From: Vicugna vicugna
Taxonomy: Eukaryota
Direction: 5' to 3'
Assembly (NCBI GenBank): GCA_013265495.1
Contig: MU057576.1
Location: forward strand, 344,982 to 408,981
DNA length: 64,000 nucleotides
Shown: piece by piece, positions 1-13,953 of the stretch
Layout of the letters: each line of letters begins with the position of its first letter
Numbering within the stretch: position 1 is the first letter of the stretch
Notes under the pieces: generated by a model
What the model saw: the letters and a program-made list of their open reading frames with translations, nothing else
Databases searched by the model: none
Told to the model about the DNA's origin: nothing
Program-made: the position numbers and the translations under genes

Positions 1-1767
1 CCTTTTTTCAAATAAACTGAATCACATTGTTTGAGACATGGCAAACGTAAGCGAATCTGAAGATCTCTGTCTCCTCTGAGTCTCGTTGACTCAGGCCACG
101 TCTCTCTGCTCTGACTCACTCTCAAGTGCTCTGCCCTGCCTGGGCTCTTCTGCCTGAAATTTACCACCTGTTCTTTCTTGCCTCCTCCTGCCCTCTTCCT
201 GATCTCCCCTGATCCTTCATGCAAGTAGCTCCAAGTTCTTTCCAATATCAAGCAATCCTGCCTTTTGAACTCCTTCCAATTCTCAGCTCTGCCTATCACC
301 CTGCTTAACTCAACAAGAGCAGAAGAGCCTGGCAGATAACATAGGGGAACACCCCAGTGTCTGTTAATACTCTGTTCATGTTAAAAATGTAGACAGACTA
401 AATAAATCTGGGATCACGTTATAGAAATACAATCTGCATCCTCTCTCTCGATCTTATTTGATTGATTGATTGATTGATTGCTTAACGTTATATAATTGGC
501 ACTTTGCCAAATCCTTAAATATTGTTAGAATTTTTTTCAGTTGTCTGAGTTTTTTCAAGTATGCAGAATACTCCACTATACACATGTGCCATAAGGTATT
601 GACCTCATTCTCTAGGGTTAGATCCAGTGACCCCTTAGTTGGCAAAGCAGTTTAGTCCTCCTCCTTTTCAACTTTCTGAAGTTCATGATACTAGTGACCA
701 TCCTTCTGCCTTGAAAATTTCCTCCATTGGCTTCTGTAATGTCTCCTCGATCTCCCTTCGTGTTGACCAGCCCTACTTCTGTGACTTGTCTTCCTCCAGC
801 TCCTCCCCAAGGTTCTATCTAGGTACCCTCTTGGCCCCCTCTTTTCCTCTCTTTCCTCTCTGTCCATGAGTGGGCTCTTTCTCGGCTTCACTGGGACTTA
901 TTCCCAAATCTGTACCCTCAGCCCTTTCCAGTGTTCCAGACGAGCATCTCCCCTGTCAGCTGTATGTGACCGCCAAAATATAGTCCAGTGTATTTCCACC
1001 AACTCTGCTGACCAACCAAAGGGAGCCTCCTTTAACCAGGCCTGCTTGCCTCCTCTTTCTGCCCGCCCATGTTGTGGCTGTCTCCTTGGGGTTCAGCTTG
1101 ATGCCTTGGAGTCACTGTCCACTCCTTCCTTCACCCTTCTCTACACCAAGTGACCAAGCCCCACAGAAATCTTCTGAAATGTCTCCCACAGCAATTTCTT
1201 ACGTTCCATTCTCACTGCTCCGCTCAGACGTTGAATTTTCACCCCTCCCCCAACTTGCGTTCACCTCCTACTTGGTCTTTCTTCCTCTGTGTTTGTTCTC
1301 GCCAATCCGTCTTACCTCCAACCACCATATTAATCTTCCTAAAGGAGGGTGGCTTTAATTGAGTGTCCTACCTGTTCAATCATCTTCATCAAGCTCCGCA
1401 TGACTTACCAAATTGAGTTTTGACATTTAAGGTCCAGTTTAATATGACCTGTCTAACAACCTCCTCAGTCTTATTTCTCATTTCCTGCCACACACGTCCT
1501 GGAGGTGGAATAGTTTGGCTCCAGAGTCAGGTCCCAGCCTAGCAGTGCTTTGGCCTTGGATAAACCATCTGAACCTCTGCTTCCCCATCCACATAATGGG
1601 AGTATTAGCAACACCTCCCTCATGAGTTGTTGGGAGGATAGAATGAGATAAAGCACATAAAGAGTAATACCAGGCATACAGTAGGTTCTTAATAAATGTC
1701 AGCTGCTGTTACTGTCACAACATCAGTGCCATCTAAGTAAATCTCTTGGTTTCCCCATGCAAGTTTT

Positions 1768-1905
1768 TTTTTTAATTGTTTTCTTTATTTTGGGGAGAGG
1801 TAATTAAGTTTGCATATTTAGTTTTGGAGAGGGTACTGGGAATTGAGCCCAGGACCTTGTGTATGCTAAGCATGCGCTCTGCCACTTGACCTACACCCTC
1901 CCCCT
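1768..1905 (-). mobile_element. tRNA-derived SINE (camelid Vic-1-like)
   Basis: Reverse-complement A/B boxes; TSD CCCCATGCAAGTTTT on both sides. Confidence 0.85.
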
Positions 1906-2279
1906 CCCCATGCAAGTTTTAGAATTTATTTCCCATCCCCCTACTTTTGCTATTACTATGTCTTCTGCCTACAGCTTTCCCCCCATGCCTTCTGAAATCC
2001 TGTTCTCCAAGGCCTGGCTCAGATGCTGTTTCTCTGAAATTTTCCTCAACCACCAGCCAAAGGAGCTCTCTCCTTGCCCCCCTCTATATTCGAGCTCTTT
2101 GCCTTCAACACTTCTAAGGCATTTACACTGCCTTCTGGTGAGCTGTGTGAATGCTTTATCTTCCTACAAATTAAGGTGGGACTATGTCTTCTTCATATGT
2201 AATACCCTCTCCATAGCCCAGCACAGGGTCTGATACAGAGCTGAAACTTAGGAAACTTTCATCAAAAGGTTAAACGGAA

Positions 2280-2455
2280 GGGGTAAGGGCATAGCTCAAG
2301 TGGTAGAGTGCACGCCTAGCATGCATGCAGTCCTGGGTTCAGTCCCCAGTACCTCCATCAAAAAAAAATAAATAAATAGATAGATAAAACTAGTTACTCC
2401 CCCTCAAAAAAATTAGAAATTAAAAAAAATTAAATTAAAAAAAGTTAAAAAAAAG
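2280..2455 (+). mobile_element. tRNA-derived SINE (Vic-1-like)
   Basis: TAGCTCAAGTGGTAGAG...GGGTTCAGTCCCCAGTACCTCC and A-rich tail. Confidence 0.85.
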
Positions 2456-3559
2456 ATTAAATGGATGAAATTTCCTGTCTCAACAATAAAGTTACATCTT
2501 GATACCTGTCTATGAAACAAATATTCATTAAGCATACTATTAATCTTATTAATATATCTAATTAAGCCTGTTATTAATGACTACGGTTCTTGTCCTCTCA
2601 AGACTTACAGCCTAGTTCAGAAGATTATGCTTTCAGAAAACTGAGAACAAGTCGGGACAACATTTAACAATGTATTTAATCAACTATAATCAAATTTCAT
2701 AATGTATAATCCAGACAGACAGTTTCCTGGGTGGTCAAGTGAGGGAGAGGGTTGGGAGGAGTTAGAAGGTGAAGAGGGGAGAGGCAAAGGCAGAACTCTT
2801 CCCTTGAAGGGTGAGTGCACTGAAAGGCAGGCCATTAAGGTTGGGAGAGAAGAGGGGAATTATTATATCTGCTTTCATGGGGGATAAACTAATCTGAATG
2901 TGCTCCCTACTGAGTCTCTGCACTGGAGTATCAGTTGATGGAAATGGATGCCAGCTACACAGTTCACGTATAGTAATTATCATCATTATGAACACCAGGG
3001 ATTAACACTGACCTGTCAGAAGACCGTGTGAGTAATGGGCGTTTCCCAAACCTGAAGCAACTGCAATTCCTGGCGAATCAGCTTTGAGTTAAGAAGTTTC
3101 TGTTCTTTATGCTTTTTCTATTTTGAGCCTCTAAATTGCTATTCAGATTAATAAGGTCATGCATACTTCACCTAAGAGAAGAAGGTTTGCAGGGAGGTCA
3201 GCCTGCCCTTTCTGCCACATGTGCGCAGCCATGCGTGAGGCGCGAGCCAACTGTGAGTTAGGAGATTACGAAATTCTAGAAAGAAAACGACTGCCCCAAA
3301 AGATCGCCCCTAAAAAAGCCAGTTCACATGCCTGAAATGGCACTATTACATAGTATGCAGTGGTACCCAGCTCTTTCCTTACAAATATAAGTATTCCTGA
3401 AGAAGGCTACACTGAGTCTCTCATCTTTTGGTTTGAATGGGATTAGCAGTCACCTGAGGGGAGAGAAGGCATAGAAAGAGGAGGACAGGTCCCTGTCAGG
3501 AAAAGTAGGGGACAAAATAACTGGTCTTTTCTAAAGGGAAAAGCCTCCTGTCCCCGGAC

Positions 3560-4170
3560 TGCAGCGCCAGGACCAGTTCCTCCGCTTCTGCGGGCACCTG
3601 TCGTGTGCGGGAAGTCAGCGCGGCGGAGCCCGCCGCAGCCCGGCCCTGAGACCTGCGGGGTGGCTCGCCGGTCCCCCGGAGGGAGGGCTCGTGCGAGGAC
3701 CCCTGGCGGGACGCGCATCCCCGGCGGCGGCGGGTGTATTTATGTAAGGGCTTAAGGAATGCGGAGGGCCGGCCCTGGCGTGCAATTTGGCAGCGAAGGG
3801 ACTGATAACCCCCCAGGATATTGTTCAGAGCCCTGTCCCTGCCCCTACCCGGCGGAGCTCGCCAAGGCCTCTGCGCAGGCGGGGCAAAGGATGCTGCGGG
3901 TCCGCCCCACTGCGGGTCTCCTCGGGCCACGAGGCCTGCTCATGGGGAATTCCAAGTTCAGCTAGACTGGAGGGGTTTAAATGAATGCCATGCTTTCTCC
4001 GAAGTCGGAGTTCGTGGGTCTTATTCCTGTGTCTAACCCCAGTTCTCATGTTCTGTTTCCAATCTGCAGCCACACGGACTCTCCAGCTGGCGATCGACAC
4101 GCGTGCTGCCACCTCCAGGTGAAAAGGGGACACTGAGCGCACGGTAGCCGGACCGGCCGGTGACTGGAAG
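3560..4170. promoter_or_regulatory. Orphan CpG island / putative promoter
   Basis: High GC and CpG density against a CpG-poor background; GC boxes, TATTTAT at ~3737, TGATAA at ~3803; no recognisable coding exon. Confidence 0.7.
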
Positions 4171-4355
4171 GAGGGTTCCAGGACAGGCTGAAGTGTGTTC
4201 CAGATTACTGGAACTACTGGAATTACTGACGTTTAAATGCATTAATTCCTAAGAGCACAACAATTGATGAAAGACTTGATCTAGGCTCCACACATCCTCT
4301 GGCGGTTTCCCTTTGGTTTGTTTCTGCATTTTGTGGATTTGGAAGGGGATTGATG

Positions 4356-4486
4356 GGGGAGAATACAGCTCAAGTGGAAGAGCGCATGCTTACAACACAC
4401 GAGGTCCTGGGTTCAATCCCCAGTACTTCGCCAATAAACAAACAAACAAACAAACAAATGTAATTACCTCCCCTCAAAAAAAAAAA
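4356..4486 (+). mobile_element. tRNA-derived SINE (Vic-1-like)
   Basis: A/B boxes; TSD GGAAGGGGATTGATG at 4341 and 4487. Confidence 0.88.
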
Positions 4487-7400
4487 GGAAGGGGATTGAT
4501 GCTATATATTTGCACAGATGCAGTTCAGTGCTTTAAAACAGGCGTTCACCACCAGTGAGTGAAAGTGATCCTCTGTGACGTCACTGTGGTTTCCATCGCA
4601 GCCGACTCTCCCCCGCCTATACTGCTGAGAGTGGCCCCCAGGACACACCAGTGGTCATCATCTGGGTCACTCACACAGGAGGGCACCTCTTTGCCCTGTA
4701 TTCTTTCCTATGGCGACTCCTTCATCAGGCATTCCAATACCATAATTTAGAAAGTGAATGATTATTTTAAAAATAATTTTAGAACAGTTCCTAATATTAG
4801 AGTGATGGCTAAGGATACTGACTCTGAGGTCAGGCTGCTTAGTTTTAATCCTGACTCAAACTTTTTAACTTTGTGGCCTTGAGGTTACTTATTCTGTGCC
4901 TTACCATCCTTGCTGACTAAATGGAAATGATAATACAGTCCTCATTGGATTGTAGTGCATTTTAAGTGAGATAACGCACGTGAGTGCATACAGTGTAGTC
5001 TACTAAGAAAGAGGATGTGATCTGAGCTTAAAGAACCCGTATGCGTGTTCAGGCCTTGACACTTGCTAATTTAGGGAATATGGCATGAGTTATTTCACTT
5101 CTCTGTGCCTTGGGTTTATCGTCTATAAAACAGAAATGATAAGAGCATCTATCTCACAGATTATTTATGAGAATTAAATGAAATATATCTACTAGGCTTA
5201 GATACAGTAAGTACTCAAATGATAGTCTTTTAAACCTGAACTAGACTTTACTATATTCAGCATTCTGTTGTTTGGAAGATTCTGGTCTTTAAACTCCCAG
5301 GCAAACAATTTCTTCTGTTTGTTCATCATTTTACAGCTGTCTTGAGTACAACTGTATGTAATCCTTCCATTGCCTTGGGAGATAGATGTCCGTATCCCCA
5401 TTTTACAGATGAATAAACTAAGGCTCGGAGCGGTTTAGTGATTTGCCTGATGTCATCCAGCAAGTGGACAAAAATGCATGCCCCCCCCACCAAGAAAATG
5501 CACACCCAGCCCTTCTCTCCCCAAGACCAGGGCTCTTTTTACTATATCAAGGCTGCCTTGTGGTTCTCTTAATTGTGACGAGTACACATTTTCTTTTACA
5601 ACCCTTTGTCAGATTTCTATACCATGACTACAATTTTTTATGTTATATCAACTTCCTAAAACCAGCCTGCCAAATTTCAAGGAAACTGCACTTAGAGCCT
5701 TTTCTTCTTCATAACAAAACTTTTCTTCATGACTTATTAATGGATTGGCCTATTCAGTGTTGCTCTGAGTGGAGGATGGAGAGAGACAGCAGATGGAGCC
5801 ACTGGGGGTGGCGGCATCTCAGGAACCACCATTGTGTTAAGCCCGAGCCCCACACTCCCCCTTCTGAAATGCCCCCCCAACAGAGTTGAAATTACTTATT
5901 TCTTCCTCTTTCTTCCCTGACCGTGAGCTCTGTGAAGCTCAAGGCTGCATCTAACATGTCAGTTGTCTCAAAGTTCTTTCAATTTCCTTTCCATGGAAGA
6001 GAAAGTCATAGAAGAAAGACTTTTCACCGAAAGGAGTCAGGAAACAAGATGACATTTCTTTAGACCCTTGATAACAGGTCCATCCCAAACTATAGGGAAA
6101 GAAATTAAGGATAGATTCGATAATTTGGGGCTAAATATCTCATTGAAGCACTCTCTTTCCTGATTAGTAATAATAACAACTATTGCTTATCAAATGACAA
6201 CTATGAGGCAGGCACCAAACTCAGCGTGTTACACACATGAGCTCCTTTTAAGTTCTGCAGTGACCCTAACATCCTATGCACTTTATTCATCCTCGACTTC
6301 CTGATAGAGAAGCAGGCTGAGAGACTAACGTAGAGCAGAGAGATGGGGGGAGTGTGTGCACACTTCCCAGCCCAACCATCTTGATTCTTTCTCTTTGATT
6401 TATTTTCCACCCCCATCAGCCAGGGTTTATACCAGAGTCATCTTCTTTGGCTCCTTCCCTGACTGTGCCTGGCACTGCTGGCCCTGAGTTCCTGGCACCA
6501 GGGCGAGGGGGCCTATCCAGTGTCAGAGATCAGCAAAGCCCTTCAGGTGACAGACGGCCACTTGCCTTCCCAGTGAACTGCACCCCCACCTCCAGCAAGC
6601 GGCTTCAATGACATCTGGCAGCCAAGACCTTGTCTGTCCCGCAGCCAGTCCTCGCCCAGCTCACAGGAAGCAGCTGTCCCTTGAGTGCTCACCAAACATT
6701 TCTGTTTGGTTCATGGAGTCCTGATCCTCCCTGTTCTGTTCCCTTGTCCTTATTTGTCCCCACCCATCAGAACCCCCCAGAGCCAGATCCTTTTTATGAC
6801 TGATGGCACAGCCAGTTTGTGTCTGGGATCTGATTTCCAAATACTCAACAGTTCCAGTAATTTCAGCAGTAACTGCACAGGTGGCCCCAGACCATTCGTG
6901 GCTTCTGTTCCCAATATATTTTTTTTTAACTTTTCAAAGGTTGTTTAGAATTCCAAGCTCATGGAAGACACGTAGGAAGCCAAACAGCTCTACAGCGATG
7001 TGGCACTTGAGGAGAAGCAACGACAACCAAAGAAGGAGGGAAAGTAGGTGGAGATTCTGAAAGGATGTTCTGAGCAACTTGAGAGGCCACAGAACAATAA
7101 TTCCCAACTCCCAGCAGCAGAGGGACACTGCGAGACCTTGTTAAAAGGCAAAGATGCTGATTTCTCAGGTCTGGTACACAGCCCAGAAGTTAGAGGCAAC
7201 AGGAACACTTCCACTGCGGGAGGTCCACGGGTAACACTCAGAGACAGGCTGACTGGGGGACCAAGGACTTTTGAGAGAGGGAGCCTGCATCCCCAGGGAG
7301 GAGGCCTTGGAGCAAGGAGATGGAGAAGGGTTTCCTGAGGAAAGTATCCAGGAGGGAGGACAAGCAGGAAGGAGGAGACGGGGGATGTGCTATGGATGAG

Positions 7401-7609
7401 AAGGGGGTTCAGAGACCCCCCAGCAGCCACTTCCTGAAGGGACCTAAAAGTTAAATTCTGTATACAACTCATAAATCCTACCTCTCCAGCGACAGTTCGG
7501 CATCCTCTCTTAAATACATGCAGTGTGGGAAATGCAACAGTGGCTCCTCCCACTTTTAATCCTTCTTGGAATTATTTTTATTCTATTGAACCAAAATCTA
7601 TCTATTTGA

Positions 7610-7748
7610 GGGGAGGGTATAGCTCAAGTGGTAGAGGACATGCTTAGCATGCACGAAGTCCTGGGTTCAATCCCCAGTACCTCCTCTTTATTTTTTTTAA
7701 ATAAATAAACCTAATTATCTCCCCCTGCAAATAAACAAACAAATAAAT
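7610..7748 (+). mobile_element. tRNA-derived SINE (Vic-1-like)
   Basis: GGGGAGGGTATAGCTCAAGTGGTAGAG...GGTTCAATCCCCAGTACCTCC. Confidence 0.85.
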
Positions 7749-10700
7749 TTCAGTCCTAATTTTCCATTTGATTCTCTTTCATACCTTCTGTTTCCTTGCC
7801 GAGACAGTCTGTTTTTCATTAGTCTTAAGTACGTTTCTAACTGCTCACGGAAGCACTTTTATAACAGCTTCTCTAAAATCTGTGTCACCTCAGCGTTGGC
7901 ATCTGCTGATTGTCATGTCTCACTCAAGTTGAAATTTCCCTAGTCTCTTGACATGCTGAGTGATTTTCCATTATATCCTGGGCATTTGGGGATTTATAAG
8001 GCTCTAGATCTCATTTAAATTTTGTGTTTTAGCAGGCCACTTCTGACACCGTGCCATCAGGGAAAGGGGGTCGCTGCCTCATTGCTGACAGGCAGGGTGC
8101 CAGTCCATACTCCGCACTTGGCCTCCACGGACATCCCAGCGTGGGAGGGGCATCTTGTTAACATCGGGGCTGGGGGTGATGAGGGTTCCAGCTCCCTACA
8201 TAGCCTTCACAGACACCATGGGGTTCACTATGGGGGACACCAACCCTGCAGGGAAGGGATGGGGTTCCTCACTGCAGTCAGATGGGGGTAAAAGTTTAGG
8301 TTCTCTTGGCCTGTGCAGACAGGGATGGGGCTACAGTTTTTTTTTTTTACATGGGTCATCTTTTTCTGTTTACTTATGTACCTGGTAATTTTCGGTTGGA
8401 TACTAGACATCGTAAATTTTACCTTGTTAATTGTTAGATATTTTTGTGTTCTTATAAATATTCATAAGCTCAGTCCTGGGATACATTTACTTGGGGACAG
8501 TTTGATCCTGTCAGGCTGTGCCATTTGGGACGGTCCTGGGAAGTGCTGGGTGTAAGGCTGCTTATTCCCCACGACTGAAGCAAGTCTAAGAACAAGGACA
8601 TTCCCTTACGTAGCCACGATATAGTTTCTTCACTCAGAAAATTTAACATTGATAGCAAACTGTTATAAAAAATATAGTCAGCATTCAAATTTGGTTCAAA
8701 TCGTTTGTAACAACTTTTTTTCCAGTCCGGTCATGAATTGCATTTCTTTTTTTCAAAGACATATTTTAAAATATAACCCAAAAGAATCTCCAGTTGGTCA
8801 AATGCCAGGTCCTAGAGAAGGTGAGATGCCATGCTTGCCCTGCGAGGCTGAGCCTAGGATTCTGCCCCAACAGTCCAGCCCCATCCCTCGTTTGTTCAGT
8901 TTTCTCCCCAGTCTCTACCTCTGCCCTCTGCTTCTCTCCTTTTTCTACTGTCTCGTGCTTCCAGTGTCTTAAGGGCTTCCCGGTGGTAGGAGAGAGGGAG
9001 TGACACACTGGGGACCGCGCCTGGTCACTGCCTTCTAGGAACCTCTCCCTGGTACCTGCAGACAGGATGTATTCCTCCTCATTTGGCTCTTTGATGAGTG
9101 CAAAGTGGAAACCCTCAAAGTGCTCAATGGGGCATAAAGGCTGACTGAAAAAATGAGGTTTCAAGCAAATAGACAAACCCAGCAGTGAAAATCAATGAGA
9201 TTAAAGCTGCCCTGTTAGAAAATAAATGAGGTGCAAAGGGATCAACCATGAAATATGAGTCAGCAGACCTCATCCAGGAAATCCCAGACCAGTACTGCTC
9301 AGGCCGGGGGCCTCCCCATGTCTCCACCAGTCTCCCCATCTGCTACCACCTGCCCCTTCCTGCCTGTGCACCCACATGCTTTGGCCTTCTGGAAATGCCC
9401 CAGTTGCTGATTACTGAAATCTGACATCAAGACCACACCAGATCTCCCTCCTTGATTACTGCAGCCAGATCCTCTGCATCTCCACAGTTCTCTGTTCTGT
9501 CACTCTTGTGCCACTGATCTGGGTCTTCCTATACCCAAAGTTTTGGGGTATTTGGATTCTAAGCCCCTCCCAGACTGCAAGCTCCTGTGATGTCATGAAA
9601 ATTTTTAAATATTTGCTTTGGAATCAAGCCTGTTTCAAATCCCCAAAAATGTATGCCCCTGGGCTAGTTTCTAATCTTCTCTGAACCTCTGTTTCCTTAT
9701 CTGTACACTAAGACCATAATATCTCATGCAATTATGATGAAAATTAGATGAAATAAATTATGCAAAGGCCTCAGTCCAGTGCCTTGCATGTTTAAAATTT
9801 TCAACAAATGTAAGTTCTCTTCCTCACTTTTGAATCCCCAAAGTTTAAAATATGTTGCCAGTAATTTTTATGCAAATTACTGGCTTACAATCACATGACT
9901 AATGCACACTCATTCGGAAAGTATAGAAAACGTAGAAGAATCAGAAAATAGAAAGAAGCAAAAAGAAAACAGAAAATCTATAATTTTCAAACCCAAAGAT
10001 ACTAGTGCATAAATTGATACACATCTTTTGAAGTTTTAGAAAGATGTAGTCACTATAACACTGTACACAGTGCTTTCTAATCTGCTTTTTAATATGTTAA
10101 TGAGACAAACATCTTTCATTGTCCACGAATAGATTTATACAACGTTATCCATAATGACTATAGAGTGACATCATATAAGGATTTCTCAACTTAGCCAGTC
10201 CCCTACTCTTGATCATTTGCATTTTGTTCACTAAGCCATTGCTGGGATGAACATGCTTGTAAATCTTTGCTCTCATTTCAATTAAATTCCTGAGAGTGGA
10301 ATTGCTAAAATGAGGGGTATGGGGAAAAGTTAATACTTCTGGCACACATTGCCACATTACTCTCCCGAATGATCATGTCAATTTCTATTTCTCACCTACT
10401 CAAGGTATATAGTCATTCTTTTCTGGTCTTTGCTAAAGAGAAAATGGTACCTAATTGCTATTTTACTTTCCTTAAAAAAAAAATCACTTGTGGTTAAATG
10501 TGGAACTGAATGAATATAATTCTCCTTTCATTCTGACCATCAAAGCAAAGTCATCTACACATTTTGCCAGCATTGCTCGGCCAGGATGAGTGGTTATGAA
10601 GAAAAAATGGTCATAATTTGGACAAAGCTAATTTAAGAACCAAAATGATAGAGGAACAAGGACATCTGCAGTGTTGGGAGGAAATGGAGAGAACTGGGGC

Positions 10701-10909
10701 AAAGCGGGGACCTCAAGGGGCTGGGTTTGGAGAAGTAGTAAGTTTGGGATGGAACAAACCCAGTGACCATTGTAAAGTCAGTTACGGCTCTGCTCATTGG
10801 GAGCATTGCTGGAGTTGCCACATTGGTGGATGGGTTAGTTTTTATTCTCTTACATCAGCTCATTGTATAATATTTGTCCCTTAATAATCATTTTCCTCAT
10901 TCTCAATGG

Positions 10910-10940
10910 GCATCATCATCATCATCATCATCATCATCAT
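10910..10940. repeat. (CAT)n microsatellite, about 10 units
   Basis: Seen directly; others are (ATTG)n at ~460-480 and (CA)n at ~21577-21598 and ~62750-62785. Confidence 0.95.
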
Positions 10941-11190
10941 AAATGGAACTAACATTTGCTGAGCATTTTCCACAGGCCAGGTGTTATACTCTACTTGCAT
11001 TATCTAATTTGACCCTTACGACGTTCCCATAAAGTTTGTGCTATCAAGGTACCCATTTTCCAGATGAGGAAACTGAGTCTAGGAGAGATGGAGGGTCTTT
11101 CTCAAGGGCACAGAGCTAGTAATCAAGGGAGCAAGGATGACAACGCAGGCCTGCCTTTCTTCCAAGACTAAGTTTTTAACCACAACATTT
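10940..11190 (-). mobile_element. MIR SINE remnant (others of this type near 1.55-1.7, 4.8-5.45, 35.5, 53.2-53.4 and 57.2-57.4 kb)
   Basis: Core motif CCCATTTTCCAGATGAGGAAACTGAG. Confidence 0.6.
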
Positions 11191-12482
11191 CTCAAGGGCC
11201 GCTCAGCTGATGAATTGTACTAGATACCAGTTCAAGGTGAAGGGCAAACAGCCATGAGAAAATAAAGGTTAAAAGACTCCCAATGGCAATTCTACATGAA
11301 GAATGGGGAATTCTCTCTCCCTCCATCCTCAGTCCACTCTGATGGCTCATCTAAGGCCCCGGTTTTCCAAGCATTTGATTTGGTCTTCCCCCTGACTACT
11401 TCATTAAAGCCCGCCTCACCAAGCAGGGGAGAATTTAATGCACTTGACTCCTTGGAGATTTGATGCTCCTTTAGGCCTAGAGAACCGATCTCCTTACTCA
11501 CACATCCTTATCCCTTTCTCCCCTGGAAAGCCAATCTAAAATGGGTACCAGGAACTCACACTTGTCAAGCCTCATTTTGCACCTGCCTACCACCCCAAGG
11601 CTTGTATCTGTGCTTGCTGGGGCTCCCCTAACACAAACCCGTAAGTGGGACCTGGCCACATCTACAGTGGACAGGTGCGGACTCGAAGACTTAGGAGAGA
11701 GATGCAGAAGGACCCTTCCACTGGCGGCTTCTGATGGTTAACCCAGGGCAGCCCATGGTCCCCTTGGATTTTCATGCTGTAAAGATTTGGAATCACTTCA
11801 AGACAGAGGAGTTTGAGTCCCACAGAGTTCAAAGCCTGGCCTTGACATGAAAGCTGTCTTCTCCCTCCGGCCCATTCTGACCAGCCGAGTGGGAGATCCA
11901 CTGAAGCCACTCTGATGGTTTTCTCTTCCTGTTACAATGTCTTCTCATCACAGCGTCTTCCTGGAAAAGGCCAAGATTAGCACTTTATTTCAGCCCATTG
12001 CAACACAAGCTGCTTCCCAGCAGCTAAAGTGAGGTTTGAGGGAGCGAAAGAAAAACTTGCTACTCTGTTTCCCAGCTAAATCCCACTTCTTTCATGAGGT
12101 TTTCTCGACCACTCCTGCCAGCAAGTCCTTGGGCTGCATCTCTCCTGCTCTTCAGCTGTTCTGACCTCCTAGAACACTGCTTGTCTTCTTTAGCCATTTA
12201 CATAATGCCTTGCTGGTTTCATCACCCATTGACATGTGAACGCTGCCTCGTCTCCTTAACCAGATTGTGCACATCTGGAGGGACAGAGCTCTATTTTAAG
12301 ATATTTCTGTATCTTCCCCCAGCTCAGAATATGGTGGTATGTGCCTTCCCTGATCACCCCATTTAAACTCCAAACAAACCACCCCTCCATTCCAATCTGG
12401 AATATAACTTACTTATTTTGTTTAATATCTGCGCCCCATTGGAAGAAGTTTAGCCCCAGAAAGACAGGGATTTGAAAAAAAA

Positions 12483-13953
12483 TTTTTTTATTGAAGTACA
12501 GTCAGTTACCATGTGTCAGTTTCTGGTATACAGCACAATGTCCCAGTCATGCATATACATACATAAATTCATTTTCACATTTTTGTATATATATATTTTG
12601 TTGTTGTTGTTGAAGTACAGTCAGTTTACAATGTGTCAATTTCTGGTGCACAGCACAATGCTTCAGTCATACATGAACATACTTTTTTTTCATTTTCATA
12701 TTCTTTTTCACCAGAAGTTACTGCAAGATAATGAATATAGTTCCCTGTGCTATACAGCATGAACTTGTTATTTATCTATTCTATATGTATCAGTTAGTAT
12801 CTGCAAATCTCTAACTCCCAATTTATCCCCTCCCACCCCCCTTCCACACTGGTAACCACAAATTTGTTCTCTATGTCTGAGTGTCTGTTTCTGCTTTGCA
12901 AATAGGATTCCACATATAAGTAATATCATATGATATTTTTCTTTCTCTTTCTGGCTTATTTTACTTAGAATGACGATCTCCAGGTCCATCTGTGTTGCTG
13001 CAAATGGCATTATTTTAGTCTTTTTTAAGGCTGAGTATTCCATTGTATAAATACACCACCACTTCTTTATCCAGTCATCTGTTGATGGACATTTAGGTGG
13101 CTTCCATGTCTTGGTTATTGTAAATAGTGCTGCTATGAATATTGGAGTGCATGTATCTTTTCGAATTAGGGTTCCCTCCAGATATATGGCCAGTGGGACT
13201 GCTGGATCATATTGTAAGTTTATTTTTAGTAGTTTGAGGACTCTCCATACTGTTTTCCATAGTGACTGCACCAAACTACATTTCCACCAACAGTGTAGGA
13301 GGGTTCCCTTTTCTCCACAGCCTCTCCAGTATTTATCATTTGTGGACTTTTGAATGATGGCCATTCTGACTGGTGTAGGGTGATATCTAATTATAGTGTT
13401 GATTTGCATTTCTCTGATAATTAGTGATATTGAGCATTTTTTCATGTGTCTATAGGCCATTTGTATGTCTTCATTGAAGAATTGCTTGTTTAAGTCTTCT
13501 GCCCATTTTTGGATTGGGTTGTTTGCTTCTTTTTATTATTATTAAGTTATACGAGCTGTTTATATATTCTGGAAATTAAGCCTTTGTCGGCTGCATCATT
13601 TGCAAATATTTTCTCCCATTCTGTAGGTTGTCATTTTGTTTTGCTCATTTTGCTGTGCAAAAATGTTTAAGTTTAATTAGGTCCCATTTGTTTATTTTTG
13701 CTCTTATTTCTTTTGCCTGGGTAGACTGCCCTAGGAGAACATTGCTAAGACTGATGTCAGATAATGTTTTGCCTATGTTTTCTTCTAGGAGATTAAAGTG
13801 TCTTATTTCATATGTAAGTCTTTGAGCCATTTTGAGTTTATTTGTGTGTGTGGTGTGGGGGAGTGTTCTAATTTCACCAATTTCTGTGCTGCTGTCCAGT
13901 TTTCTCAACACCACTTGCTGAAAAGACTGTCTTTTCTCCATTGTATATTCTTG
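12483..13953 (-). mobile_element. 5'-truncated LINE-1 (ORF2 C-terminus and 3' UTR) with an extra short copy of the 3' end at 12483-12585
   Basis: ORF2 peptides [16 protein letters not shown]...[18 protein letters not shown] and KINKWDLIKLKHFCTAK. Splits an L2 3' end; AGGGATTT occurs on both sides. Confidence 0.92.

Noticed and set aside
2280..2360. tRNA genes at the A/B-box elements (about ten copies)
   Set aside because: They have A-rich tails, TSDs and no complete cloverleaf, so they are tRNA-derived SINEs.
12768..13460. 230-aa ORF as a host gene
   Set aside because: It is the L1 ORF2 C-terminus running into the L1 3' UTR of a truncated element.
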